64,000 bases of DNA, taken from contig OY759316.1 in NCBI GenBank assembly GCA_963662275.1, forward strand, positions 2,240,001 through 2,304,000. Direction: 5' to 3'. The notes under the pieces were generated by a model. That model made no database searches and was not told the origin of the DNA. It was given only the letters and a program-made list of their open reading frames with translations. This DNA comes from Candidatus Cloacimonadales bacterium. Lineage in GTDB: Bacteria; Cloacimonadota; Cloacimonadia; Cloacimonadales; DAONDQ01. The translations under genes were made by a program, and so were the position numbers. The number at the start of each line of letters is the position of its first letter. The stretch's first letter is position 1. Below are positions 19,901 to 29,176 of the stretch, piece by piece.

Positions 19901-21661
19901 TTACGGATACATTCTTTTTAGAAATCCGTTTAACTGGTCAGAGTCCTGGGCAATCTTGTTAATCAATAATGACTGAACTGTAATTATTTTATCCGCTTTC
20001 TGGCTGACAAATAAGAAGGTCATTTCCACAAGTTCATGATTTTCAGAATCAAGCAAGCTACCTGTTACTTTCACATAATAGGTGTTTGCACTTTCAGAAG
20101 AAGCAATCCAATTAGTATTCGTCAGGATATTATTAATACTGTCACCGATCTTCATGCTGGGATAATTATCAAGATAATGCTCCTTCACATAACCGATAGC
20201 ATCGTCAAGAGTATAAGTTTCCTGTTCTGTCTGCTGATTCTGTTCTTGCTTCAACGAATCAGTCACATCCTGAGGAATGGTTTGATTTGTGGAAAAGAAC
20301 AGGTCATTTTTATCTCGAATATGATGCCAGAAAGCATAACCGGCAATTGCAGCAATGATGAATATAACGAACCAGATCATAAAGCTATTTCCCTGCTTAT
20401 TGTGGACAGTTTGCGGTGAGAAGGAAGAAGCCTGTTTCTGATGCGGTTGTTCTTTTGTTTTTTCCAGGTAAGGATTACCATCATAGTAAATTCGACTTAA
20501 CTCAGCATTGGTTTTGATGGCTTTTTGGAAATAATCTTCAGCAGCAAGATATCTTTCCTGCTTATAATTCAGAAGTCCAAGATAATAGAGTACCTTATCA
20601 TTCCATGGTTGCAATACAAGGGCTTTTGTGAGGAATTCCTGAGCTTCAGGGAAGTGAGACTTTTCCAAGCTGATCATTCCCAAATAATAGTATGCAAGTG
20701 CATTCTCCGGTTCTTTTTCCAGGATGAGCTTAAATATCATGGCAGCTTCATCATGCTTTTGCTGTTGGAATGCATCCTTTGCTTTCACAAACAATTCTGT
20801 AGCAGATTGCATACTGAGGACTGATAAATCTAATCCATTGGAATATGAAAACAACTGTTGCCGGCATTCTACAGCAGTTGCCATACGCTTATCTCGATCT
20901 TTGACCAGTAAACTATTCAATACAGAGAGTGTTTGCTGAGACATCTCGGGTTGAAGTAATCTTGGATCAGTAACATTTCCTTCGGTGATCTCCTTCATGA
21001 GAAGAAAATCACTATCCGTTTTGGAATGATATGGACTTTGCCCAGTAAGCATTTCGTATAAAATAACTCCTAAAGAAAAGAGATCAGCACGACCATCAAT
21101 ATTATCAATTGAAAGTACTTGTTCAGGGGAACGATAGCGGAGACTGTCATTGGATTTATTGATAACAGATAATCGTTTTTCCAGTAATGAGCCAAACCCG
21201 AAGTTAGCCACTTTCACCGAGTCAGTACTACTCACGTAGATATATCTTGGATTTAAAGCTAAATGATAAATGCCATATTTATGAGCTTCAATGAATGCAT
21301 TCAGTATCTGGCTTACAATGATCAGAGCTTTCTGTTCCTGGAACACTTTTTCTTTATCCATCAGTTCTCTTAAGTTTGTTCCATCAGAATAGTCTGTCAC
21401 TAAATAATATTCATTCTTCTCACGAAAGAAAGATTGGAGAGAAAGAATATTAGGATTTGATATCTCTGCCTGACGATTCACTTCTTCAAATAACAGATTG
21501 ATCAAATCGTCATCATGTTCAAACCTGGAAGCTAAAACACGGATGAAGATTTTACGCTGTAAGACGATATCCTCAGCGGAATAGACTTCACCCCATAAAT
21601 CTTCACTTACTTTTTTAACAATCCTAAAATCTCGTATCTTGGAGTTTTCTGTAATTGCCAT
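19901..21661 (-). CDS. Ser/Thr kinase-fold protein (probable pseudokinase) with TPR repeats, TM helix and extracytoplasmic domain
   Basis: Hanks C-lobe motifs YRSPEQ and DLFSLGVILYEMLTG, degenerate catalytic motifs, about 3 TPRs, hydrophobic helix near aa 428-445. Confidence 0.88.
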   Translation of the reverse strand: MAITENSKIRDFRIVKKVSEDLWGEVYSAEDIVLQRKIFIRVLASRFEHDDDLINLLFEEVNRQAEISNPNILSLQSFFREKNEYYLVTDYSDGTNLRELMDKEKVFQEQKALIIVSQILNAFIEAHKYGIYHLALNPRYIYVSSTDSVKVANFGFGSLLEKRLSVINKSNDSLRYRSPEQVLSIDNIDGRADLFSLGVILYEMLTGQSPYHSKTDSDFLLMKEITEGNVTDPRLLQPEMSQQTLSVLNSLLVKDRDKRMATAVECRQQLFSYSNGLDLSVLSMQSATELFVKAKDAFQQQKHDEAAMIFKLILEKEPENALAYYYLGMISLEKSHFPEAQEFLTKALVLQPWNDKVLYYLGLLNYKQERYLAAEDYFQKAIKTNAELSRIYYDGNPYLEKTKEQPHQKQASSFSPQTVHNKQGNSFMIWFVIFIIAAIAGYAFWHHIRDKNDLFFSTNQTIPQDVTDSLKQEQNQQTEQETYTLDDAIGYVKEHYLDNYPSMKIGDSINNILTNTNWIASSESANTYYVKVTGSLLDSENHELVEMTFLFVSQKADKIITVQSLLINKIAQDSDQLNGFLKRMYP

Positions 21662-21728
21662 CTGATATATCCTTATCTTTCAAGAATAATTAATTCCACG
21701 TAAGTCTATTATACATACATTGTCAATC

Positions 21729-23027
21729 TTATTCGATAAGACGTCCGATAAGAGTACCACCTGTGGCGTCTTCTATTTTAACAGGAATGATAGTTCCAAT
21801 CATCGATTTATCTCCATCTCTGATAACCGTTATCTTGAAATCGTCTGTCTTGCCGGATATATCCTTCTCAGATTTTTTACTGAAATTCTCAACGTAAACT
21901 TCTTTTATTTTGCCTATCTGTTGCTTAAATTTTGTCAGAGTAATGCTATGCTGCAGATTGATCAATTGCTGTAAGCGATTTAACCTTATTTCTTCCGGGA
22001 GATGATCGTCAAATTTGGCTGCTGCTGTCCCCTCCCTGGGAGAATATTTAAATGTAAACGCATAGTCAAAGGCGATTTCTTCCATCATGTGATATGTGTT
22101 CTGGAATTGAGCCTCTGTTTCACCTGGAAAACCTGCAATAATATCTGTCGTAATCCCAATATTCGGGATTGCCTTTCGTAATTTGCTGATTAGACCTAAG
22201 TAATGAGCGGAAGTATATTTACGATTCATCTTTTCTAAAATGACATCATCTCCACTTTGCAATGGGAGATGTATGTGATTGCATATCTTTTTTGTATCAG
22301 CCATAACTTGGATCAACGAATCGGATAAATCCTTGGGATGTGATGTCACAAATCTCAATCTCCACACTGATTCCAGGTTATTAATCTCTGACATTAATCG
22401 AGGGAAATCAATTCCTTGATAATTATATGAATTCACATTCTGACCTAAGAGAGTGATATCTCTGAAACCTGCCTTTGCAGCTTGATCTACTTCCATCAAG
22501 ATATCATCCAAGGGGCGGGATCGCTCTCTACCTCTTACATAAGGAACGATACAATAGGAGCAGAAGTTGTTGCATCCGCGCATAATCGTAATAAAGCCAC
22601 AAAGACCTTGTTTCCTGATAGGATAGATACTTTCATAAATTTCCAATTCATCAAGCTCAGTAAGAACCGCATGACCGGGGTGTTCCCCAAGTATTAATTC
22701 AGGAAGATGCTCATATTGATCAACACCGGCAACTATATCTATACCGGTCTTCATTGCTAACAGCTTCTCACCTAATCTTTGTGCCATGCAGCCAATCACA
22801 CCAATCTTCAGATTTGGCTTGGAAGATTTACGTGATTGTTCATTAGAAATCCGTCCAATCACACGATCTTCTGCATGTTGACGTACAGAACAGGTATTAA
22901 ATAAAATAACATCCGCATCATCTATCGTTTCTGCCTGAATGAAACCAGCCCTGATTAAGATGGATGCAACAAGTTCACTATCGGATACATTCATTTGGCA
23001 ACCGTAAGTTTCAATGTAAAAATTCAT
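21729..23027 (-). CDS. miaB: tRNA-2-methylthio-N6-dimethylallyladenosine synthase
   Basis: ETYGCQMN, CNNFCSYC radical SAM motif, C-terminal TRAM domain. Confidence 0.96.
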   Translation of the reverse strand: MNFYIETYGCQMNVSDSELVASILIRAGFIQAETIDDADVILFNTCSVRQHAEDRVIGRISNEQSRKSSKPNLKIGVIGCMAQRLGEKLLAMKTGIDIVAGVDQYEHLPELILGEHPGHAVLTELDELEIYESIYPIRKQGLCGFITIMRGCNNFCSYCIVPYVRGRERSRPLDDILMEVDQAAKAGFRDITLLGQNVNSYNYQGIDFPRLMSEINNLESVWRLRFVTSHPKDLSDSLIQVMADTKKICNHIHLPLQSGDDVILEKMNRKYTSAHYLGLISKLRKAIPNIGITTDIIAGFPGETEAQFQNTYHMMEEIAFDYAFTFKYSPREGTAAAKFDDHLPEEIRLNRLQQLINLQHSITLTKFKQQIGKIKEVYVENFSKKSEKDISGKTDDFKITVIRDGDKSMIGTIIPVKIEDATGGTLIGRLIE

Positions 23028-23191
23028 AGCCTCCCCTAATTATAATCTATTGGGTTATTCCAGGTTAGTAGCCTCAAAGGTCAATGATTTTTTCATCTTA
23101 TGATATGTATTATTAAAAATTGATAGACAGCACAGCACTGACTATTATATTGAAATTTAGAAAAATATTTCTATACATGGATGGAATTTAA

Positions 23192-24094
23192 ATGGATTGG
23201 AAAGAACTGGAATTATCTGACAAAGATCTAATCAATAGTTATTTTAAAAATAGTATCAGTGAAGCTTCAGAATTAACATTTACAAATCTCTTTCTCTGGC
23301 GAGCTGGTTATGATATCCAGTATAAAATCATCGAAGGAATGTTATGCATCAGGCATGTCGACATTATGAGACAACCCTTACTGTTCATTCCCTTGGGTTG
23401 TAGTTCCACTGCTAACGTATGCGGTTTGGTAATTAGTGAATTAATGAAGGAATGGAATACCAGGACTTTTCCTCTTATTTTATCTCCATTAACCAAGCAA
23501 CAGGCTGATACAATCATGAACTCCTTTCCTGGTAAATTTGATTTTTACGAAGAATCAACTAGTTCTGATTATATATACTCAATTCCCGAACTTATTAATT
23601 TACAGGGAAGGAAATTTCATAATAAAAAAAATATGGTTAATCGCTTCAAACGTGATCATGGATTTGAATACCTCCCTATCACTTCTGATATCATAGATGA
23701 TGTTGTGACTGCTGCAGAAGAGTGGTGTGAGATTAAGGATTGTGAAAACTATATTGAGCTGGAACATGAGAAAGAAGGTATCTTTGAGTGTTTGGAGAAT
23801 TTCCAGAAGCTTGATTGTGATGGTGGTGTTATCAGAATTGATGGAAAGATTATTGCATTCACTTTTGGAGAAGCATTAACTGATAATATGGCTGTTATTC
23901 ATATTGAGAAAGCTGATCCTCGTATTATCGGATCATACCAGATCATCAATCAGCAATATCTCGCCCATAGATGGTCAGGATACAAATGGGTAAATCGTGA
24001 AGGTGATATGGGTATCGAGGGTTTACAGCAAGCTAAATTGTCCTATAATCCTGTAAGAATGATTCGCAAGTATTCTTTAAAACAAAAAAGATAA
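23192..24094 (+). CDS. DUF2156 family protein (MprF C-terminal / GNAT-like)
   Basis: SELTFTNLFLW, DYIY...L.GRKFH.KKN, IHIEKA, VNREGDMG.EGL..AKLSY. Confidence 0.9.
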   Translation: MDWKELELSDKDLINSYFKNSISEASELTFTNLFLWRAGYDIQYKIIEGMLCIRHVDIMRQPLLFIPLGCSSTANVCGLVISELMKEWNTRTFPLILSPLTKQQADTIMNSFPGKFDFYEESTSSDYIYSIPELINLQGRKFHNKKNMVNRFKRDHGFEYLPITSDIIDDVVTAAEEWCEIKDCENYIELEHEKEGIFECLENFQKLDCDGGVIRIDGKIIAFTFGEALTDNMAVIHIEKADPRIIGSYQIINQQYLAHRWSGYKWVNREGDMGIEGLQQAKLSYNPVRMIRKYSLKQKR

Positions 24095-24148
24095 TAGAAT
24101 ACAATTTATTAAATCTGTTACAAAGCGATATTAATTAATAACTATAAA

Positions 24149-24937
24149 TTACGATCTATTCCAAAGACTGTTGAAAATCTCTAAAGGTTTAATAATGTCT
24201 TCAAGAATATCCGGACTGATCGTCTGCGATGCGTCACAAACAGCCTGATCAGGATCAATCTCAGTCTCAATGATTAATCCATCGGCACCAGCTGCGAGAG
24301 CTCCCCAACTCATCGATTTAATCAATTCACGATCACCGCTGCTATGAGATGGATCAACAATTACCGGAAATCGACTCAGGTTATGAGCAATTGGTATGGC
24401 AGCCAAATCAAGAGTAAAACGTGTTTTAGGTTCAAATGATCGAATACCTCGTTCACAAAGAATAATGTTCATATTTCCATTTTCAGAAATATATTCAGCA
24501 GCGTGGAGCCACTCCTGGATAGTACTGCCCATGCCTCTTTTCAGAATAATAGGATTATGGATTCTACCCAGCTTTTCTAAGAGAGGATAATTGTTCATGC
24601 TTCTTGTACCTACCAGGAGTATATCAATTTTACCGGACATGATATCAATATGATCAGAATCTATAATTTCGGAAACTGTGACCATATTCAATTCCTGCCC
24701 TACTCGATGAAGAATTTCAATTCCTTCATCACCTAACCCCCGAAAGCTATCACGCGAAGTGCGTAATTTGTATGCACCTCCCCGTAAAATACCAATTCCC
24801 ATTTGCTTCAATATTTTGGCAGTAGCTAACAAACGAGGGTAGTCAGATATTGTACATGGTCCAGCTATGATCTGAACTGGTGAAGTTCCAAATTCAATCC
24901 CCTTGATTCTTATATTTTTTTTATTATCATCTATCAT
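24149..24937 (-). CDS. aroF: DAHP synthase, type I-beta, catalytic domain only
   Basis: IIAGPC, RGGAYKLRTS, ILKRG, CERGIR, VDPSH. Confidence 0.88.
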   Translation of the reverse strand: MIDDNKKNIRIKGIEFGTSPVQIIAGPCTISDYPRLLATAKILKQMGIGILRGGAYKLRTSRDSFRGLGDEGIEILHRVGQELNMVTVSEIIDSDHIDIMSGKIDILLVGTRSMNNYPLLEKLGRIHNPIILKRGMGSTIQEWLHAAEYISENGNMNIILCERGIRSFEPKTRFTLDLAAIPIAHNLSRFPVIVDPSHSSGDRELIKSMSWGALAAGADGLIIETEIDPDQAVCDASQTISPDILEDIIKPLEIFNSLWNRS

Positions 24938-25142
24938 TCAAACCTCTTTTATAAAATCACATTGAAATTGGTTAAAATTACACAAAATACATCAATGAGA
25001 ATTATTTAGAGAAAAAGCTCAGTAAACTTGTCAATGATTATTGAGAAAGGATGATATTAATCATAAATTGTGGTTATGATTTATACGTTGATATAATTCA
25101 TCCTCAAGATGAAAAACATCGAAATGTAGAATTATTTAATAA

Positions 25143-25340
25143 TTAGAAGAATCTAGCTGATAACTCGCAGCCGGCACAACTGCCATTTGTCAAATATCCT
25201 TTTGGTGAAACGACTTGTGTCTGTCCCACAGATTTGGAAATATGATCATCATTATCATTGGTTTTTGAAATCAGGATTGAACTGTCACTTACAAATCCAC
25301 CATAACCAAGAGTATTAAGCATATCACTGATTGTTCCCAT
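25143..25340 (-). CDS. 65-aa small ORF, candidate radical-SAM precursor peptide
   Basis: GGGAG RBS and ATG at 25340, 21 nt after the rSAM stop; C-terminal GSCAGC. Confidence 0.45.
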   Translation of the reverse strand: MGTISDMLNTLGYGGFVSDSSILISKTNDNDDHISKSVGQTQVVSPKGYLTNGSCAGCELSARFF

Positions 25341-25361
25341 AACAACTCCCAATAAAATATT

Positions 25362-26888
25362 TTAGTTTGAAATTCTGCGTTTCATATTGTTATAAATATG
25401 AGTATAAGAACGATTTGGTTCTAGCTGCTTTTCATGAATGTTATCCCAATAAGGACAACGATAATCTGGAAAATCTTCTCGCTTAAATTTTTTCAGTGAT
25501 TCTCTCCAGCATCTGCCTTTTTGCTGTGTACAATTCATAAATAGAGCTTCATCACAATAACTGCAAGGACTATCAAGTGGCATCGCACTTTGCTGTGGAG
25601 TGATGATATTCCATCTCTCCGGTGAATCGAAAACCTCAAGTAAGGTTTGTTTTTTTAAATCACCTATCATATATTTAGGATTCCAATATAGCTCTTCACA
25701 ACAGGTTACTTTACCATCTGGAAGGATAATAATACCTGATCTGCCACCATTACAATTTTTTCTGTTCAGATATTCTGTTTCATTTAATTGAAAGTTCTTT
25801 CCTACCCATATCGGATCTTCGTTAAATTTCAGGAAAATATCCTGATCCTGGAAGATACTTTTTGTAATATGAAGCTGGTGTAAGTATTCTGGAATATCAT
25901 CTTCATGCAGCATAATCGATTCCATCCCCTCTTTGTACAGGGAGAATTCAGCAGCATCTATGGCAATTCGATAAATGTTGCTGTATACGGCTAGTTGCTG
26001 CATGGTAACGTAAATATCATGATAATTCAATCGTGTCTGTATACTATTAATCGAAAGTTTTAAGCCAACTTTTTCTGCAGTTTCGATGGATGTGATTAAT
26101 TGCCTTTTATATTCTTCCGGATTATTAATCTGTAGAATTTTTCCCAAATGATCTGAATCGAAAGTATCTAAACTAATCTGATAACTTCTAAATCCCAGTT
26201 CCAACAAATATTGTTGATCAGCAATACTTAATGGTGTTTTCGTTGGTAACTCAGGATAATAATGATAGTAAGCAAGGATAGCTACCAAATCCTTCCAGTG
26301 CGGATACTGAAAAATATCGCCCCCCGATACGGAGATATCTTTTGCTCTATATATGGTAGCTGCATCATATATAATTTTTTCCCATTGATCCATCGATAAC
26401 GGTTCATAAACAAAATTCTTATCAGCATAACAATAACAGCAATTCACTTTACAATTCATGTTAGGTATGAGCAAAAAAGTATTTGGATAAAATAAATAAT
26501 TCGTGGTCATATCGAATTCGTTAATCCGATTTAAATCAGGCAGGATTTCTGAAAGATCATATTGTCGATTCTTGATCGGTAAGGGATATGGACTCGAAGA
26601 ATAATAAACTTCAAGACATCCAGAGAGGAGTTCATCAAAATTATGAAAATCACTTTTGTTCAATTTAAAGTATTCAGAAACAAATTGAACAATCGTCCGA
26701 TAATCTCTCGTTCCATCCATAAGATACAAAGCAGTAGCTAAATCAGGACTTAAAGCTGTAAAAGGGATCACATGATCTTCTGATTTTATCATATATTCAT
26801 GCTGTCGATCCCGAAAATAGATAATAGTCCTTTTCTTATCGGATCGTAAGATTACATTGTCTTTAGTATGTAAATAACCTGATTTCAT
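25362..26888 (-). CDS. Radical SAM / SPASM domain protein with putative N-terminal PqqD-like recognition element
   Basis: CKVNCCYC, SGGD, SPASM C..G...ILPDGKVTCC...CSYC...C...GRC...PDYRCP. Confidence 0.92.
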   Translation of the reverse strand: MKSGYLHTKDNVILRSDKKRTIIYFRDRQHEYMIKSEDHVIPFTALSPDLATALYLMDGTRDYRTIVQFVSEYFKLNKSDFHNFDELLSGCLEVYYSSSPYPLPIKNRQYDLSEILPDLNRINEFDMTTNYLFYPNTFLLIPNMNCKVNCCYCYADKNFVYEPLSMDQWEKIIYDAATIYRAKDISVSGGDIFQYPHWKDLVAILAYYHYYPELPTKTPLSIADQQYLLELGFRSYQISLDTFDSDHLGKILQINNPEEYKRQLITSIETAEKVGLKLSINSIQTRLNYHDIYVTMQQLAVYSNIYRIAIDAAEFSLYKEGMESIMLHEDDIPEYLHQLHITKSIFQDQDIFLKFNEDPIWVGKNFQLNETEYLNRKNCNGGRSGIIILPDGKVTCCEELYWNPKYMIGDLKKQTLLEVFDSPERWNIITPQQSAMPLDSPCSYCDEALFMNCTQQKGRCWRESLKKFKREDFPDYRCPYWDNIHEKQLEPNRSYTHIYNNMKRRISN

Positions 26889-26936
26889 TTTTCTCCATTT
26901 TAGTCTGTACGAAAATGAATTCAGTTTTAAATAAAA

Positions 26937-27015
26937 ATGGTGGATATCCAGGGGATATGAAAACTACTCGTCGCGGAGAGCAATAAACACGGCTGTACTT
27001 TCGAATATCCACCAT
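26937..27015 (-). promoter_or_regulatory. Putative structured cis-element or terminator between the small ORF and the rSAM gene
   Basis: 11-bp perfect inverted repeat ATGGTGGATAT/ATATCCACCAT enclosing two weak internal stems, followed by a U-run on the minus strand. Confidence 0.45.
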
Positions 27016-27022
27016 AATTTAT

Positions 27023-27223
27023 TTATTTCTGGAGTTTTACGATGTACGTTTTGCCTTCAACGACAACGACTAGATAATCACTTCCTTCATAGATAGTACG
27101 TGCTACTACCTTCTTGATATCGCCTTCAAAAATTGGAATACTTTCTTCAGCCCATAGCTTGGAAATAACCGATACGGTTGTGAGCATATAGCTCAAACTT
27201 AGAAATACAAATATCTTTTTCAT
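27023..27223 (-). CDS. 66-aa small secreted protein
   Basis: MKK plus a hydrophobic signal peptide; GGAGG RBS. Confidence 0.75.
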   Translation of the reverse strand: MKKIFVFLSLSYMLTTVSVISKLWAEESIPIFEGDIKKVVARTIYEGSDYLVVVVEGKTYIVKLQK

Positions 27224-27262
27224 ATAACCTCCACTATTTATATAGTGGAGGTTATATGAAAA
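27217..27262. promoter_or_regulatory. Perfect 21-bp inverted repeat containing the RBS and start codon of the 66-aa ORF
   Basis: TTTTCATATAACCTCCACTAT-ttat-ATAGTGGAGGTTATATGAAAA. Confidence 0.8.
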
Positions 27263-27290
27263 GTTGGTGGACAGCTTGTATGTAATTGCT

Positions 27291-28208
27291 TTATTTTCGG
27301 TACTTTAAAAGATCTTCAGTCTCTTCCCTCGAAAGCTCTAATTTGCCTTTATCCAGGAAACTATCTAAAGTAAACTCGGTATTATCTGCCTCAATCATTA
27401 CAAGACTCGCCTCGAAAATGTGCAGAACATGAAGATAGTTCTTTTTATCGAAGTTGATTAAGAAAATAGGCATTTTCACTTGCGCATCAAATGTAATACA
27501 AACAAGAGATAGACGATAATTATCTTCCTGGTATCCAATAGACCATTCGCGACATTCTGCAATATCGCTAAAAATTGTTTGAACTTCCTCTGGGTTAATA
27601 CCTCTCAGATAGTTATTCAGATTTGTAATTGTCTTTTCCTCAACCGATTTCACAATTGTCCTGATAAATCTGGTTATGTTATTAAATTGCGCGAAATTAA
27701 GGACTTTTGTGCTATACCTCCATCCTTCATTCCAAAGTACATAGGAGAGAAGATTCCTTTTTATTCTTTTCTTTTGAAATGAGGCTGTATTATAACTCAG
27801 TTTTTCTTTTTCAGAATATTTTAGAATATTGAAATCAAGTTTTTTAAACTTTTGATATATTTTAAAATCTTCAACTGATAGAGCTTTTCTCACAAGTTTA
27901 TCATCTACCTTGGGAAGTGCTTCCGAATCATCATCAACTACTTTTGCAGGTTGAGGACTAGAAAATTTATTAATCGTGATATCATTATTTCTTTTAGCCT
28001 CTTCCAATTGATGCAAAGCTTCACGTTTCACAACTGTACGTAGCCAAGCGTAAGGACTGGTTACTTCTGTCTTCGATGAAATTAATTGCAGCATGGCGTT
28101 TTGGGCGATATCATAAGCTGAATCTTCATAACCTATGAATTTATAGGCAATACTCAGAGAGTATTTATACAGATCTTTGTAATCATTTTCCTGTAAAATT
28201 ATACTCAT
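27291..28208 (-). CDS. ECF/sigma-70-like factor with C-terminal extension
   Basis: Region-2-like LYKYSLSIAYKFIG...AYDIAQNAMLQL...AWLRTVVKRE, a degenerate region-4-like HTH, and about 150 extra C-terminal residues. Confidence 0.65.
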   Translation of the reverse strand: MSIILQENDYKDLYKYSLSIAYKFIGYEDSAYDIAQNAMLQLISSKTEVTSPYAWLRTVVKREALHQLEEAKRNNDITINKFSSPQPAKVVDDDSEALPKVDDKLVRKALSVEDFKIYQKFKKLDFNILKYSEKEKLSYNTASFQKKRIKRNLLSYVLWNEGWRYSTKVLNFAQFNNITRFIRTIVKSVEEKTITNLNNYLRGINPEEVQTIFSDIAECREWSIGYQEDNYRLSLVCITFDAQVKMPIFLINFDKKNYLHVLHIFEASLVMIEADNTEFTLDSFLDKGKLELSREETEDLLKYRK

Positions 28209-28715
28209 ACTACCACCTGCATTTTTTTAGAAACATTTATAAAGCATAAACACTGTCAAGAGTTTTTTATAAATCATATATGTGTATTTAAATTTTTAAA
28301 AAGCAGCTTGATAATGTAAAGTGATTAGCAATGTATAGTGAATTATGATTTTTATGAAGAATAACACTATTTTATTGAATAGAATGATGAAATTTATCTG
28401 ACTCTTTGCTTACACAAGTATTATTAGGATGTCTATTTCGCAATTCGCTCTCGATCAATAATCGCTTTATCAATACTAATTTGAAGAACTGATTCCAGGC
28501 TCATAGAAAACCTCCGCAGGTAAGGGGTAATTAGATTTTAAATGCACTATTTAGTTGAATTGAATTTAATGAAAATAGATGCTGCCGGTGAATTGGTCAA
28601 TGTAGTAGGAGATGCTATGGAATTGGTAGAGACTTGCCTGAAAATCTTTTTGCATTGATCAATTTGTAACGGATGTGTTTTCCTGCTATATTCTGAAGTT
28701 TGTAACTTTATGGCT

Positions 28716-29176
28716 CGTAATATAGAGTGGTATTCTGTTATATGAGGGGATTGGTAATCCCTGATAGAATCTTCATCCGATAATACCATTATCAAATACA
28801 ACACATTGCCAATGTATGCCACGCACAGTCGTAACATAAAGTGGTACTTTGTTGTATGAGTGAATTGGTAATCCCCGATTTCCTTTCATCATTGTTAACT
28901 GGCAATAACTGAATAAAGAAGAATCCGACAATACCATTGTCTTATACAACAGTTTATCAAACTATGTTACGGACGTCGTAACATAAAGTGGTACTTTGTT
29001 GTATGAGTGGATTGGTAATCCCCGACTCCCTTCTGCTTTCATATTAGCTGGTAATCTCCGATAGAATCTTCATCCGATAATACCATTATCGAATACAACA
29101 CATTACCAATGTATGCCACGACTCAGATTCCGACAATACTATTGTCTCATACAACAGTTTACCAAACTATGTTACG
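28716..29176. repeat. Array of seven about 50-nt REP-like double-hairpin units in both orientations
   Basis: Units CGTAACATA-xxx-TGGTA-xxx-TGTTGTA... at 28716, 28830 and 28977 (+) and ending at 28823, 28971, 29120 and 29176 (-). Confidence 0.9.

Noticed and set aside
28716..29176. Repeat array as a CRISPR array or as the DGR template repeat
   Set aside because: Units occur in both orientations with irregular spacing and show no similarity to the 3' end of the FGE gene.
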